64,000 nucleotides of DNA from Mobula hypostoma (lineage: Eukaryota): the NCBI RefSeq assembly GCF_963921235.1, contig NC_086108.1, positions 19,344,001-19,408,000 of the forward strand. Direction: 5' to 3'. The notes below the pieces were generated by a model. The model was not told the DNA's origin. It made no database searches and saw nothing but the letters and a program-made list of their open reading frames with translations. Positions 63,282 through 64,000 of the stretch are shown here, piece after piece. The position numbers were made by a program, and so were the translations under genes. Every line of letters begins with the position of its first letter. The stretch's first letter is position 1.

Positions 63282-63699
63282 CTAAGAGGAGATTACAGTC
63301 TGGTTAGGGGTAGAATCAACCACTGAAGCTGGCAGAGCATCACATCCCACCCAATGGCAGTGACTCTTGCCTGCTATCATATACTAAAAAAAAAGCAATA
63401 ATACAAGTCTTTTAGAAGTTGGAAGAATATCTGCTAAATAGCAGTTCCAAAATTCTTAATATAATAATAATCCTGTGTATGCAACAGTGAGACACATTTC
63501 ACAAGAACAAAAAGAAAATTAAACTCAGGCAATTCCATGAAAGGAGAAAATAAAACATTCCAAGAAACAAATACAGGAGTGGCTTGAATTCTCCGCAATA
63601 ATCTCCACAATCAAAAACACATTATGGAAAAAGACACTTCGTCAAAATGTTGAAGGACAAAATGTGTTCGAATTGATGCAAAATTACAGAGAATCAGGA

Positions 63700-64000
63700 T
63701 CCGGTGGATTTCAGTTAACTAGGGCAACCAATTATTTGGGACAACTTAAAAGGACAAAAACTAAATAAAGAAAACAGCTGGCATTCCCTCGTTTATTTGG
63801 GATACTATGCCCCTTAATAGGGACAGGAGGCTGCAGCCTAACAGTTTCTAACTTGTGTCAATAATGTGACCTTGCGTAGCCATTAGACACTACACTGTGC
63901 TCAGAGTGAACTTTTTAAATACCATTAGTTGCATGTGTTTCTGTTCAAAAAAGTGATTTTTGCCACTGATAGTTAGCGAGAAATAAACTGGAAGACAATT
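63700..64000. mobile_element. Tigger/pogo-like non-autonomous element (runs off the window)
   Basis: CGGTGGATTTCAGTTAA start and repeated TATTTGGGA subterminal motifs. Confidence 0.4.

Overview
This is repeat-dense vertebrate DNA with no complete host gene, rRNA, true tRNA or CRISPR array. The repeat repertoire (CR1, Rex1/Babar, L1, Neptune-type Penelope, HE1/V-type SINEs) suggests a cartilaginous fish, which is an inference. Almost every ORF in the track is a decayed transposon fragment or antisense noise. One 52-nt minus-strand candidate exon (60968-61019) suggests the window is mostly a large intron. The main structure is a 3.9-kb Penelope-like element (1439-5314): RT plus GIY-YIG endonuclease, an inverted pseudo-LTR, an 11-bp TSD and a minimal type I hammerhead ribozyme at each end on opposite strands. 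At least ten shorter relatives (about 0.1-0.6 kb) are scattered through the window. Several have their own TSDs or the same inverted architecture, and their truncation or inversion junctions cluster at the ribozyme. A second, unrelated hammerhead family lies at about 887-928. Other content includes a four-level nest (Rex1 > Rex1 > CR1 > solo LTR), a tRNA-SINE split by 5.3 kb of CR1/L1, two hAT derivatives and Tc1, Harbinger and Tigger-like remnants. Hammerheads in Penelope elements are known biology; the ribozyme-bounded mini-insertions are the most novel-looking signal. Boundaries of old repeats are approximate and family names come from motif recognition, not database searches.
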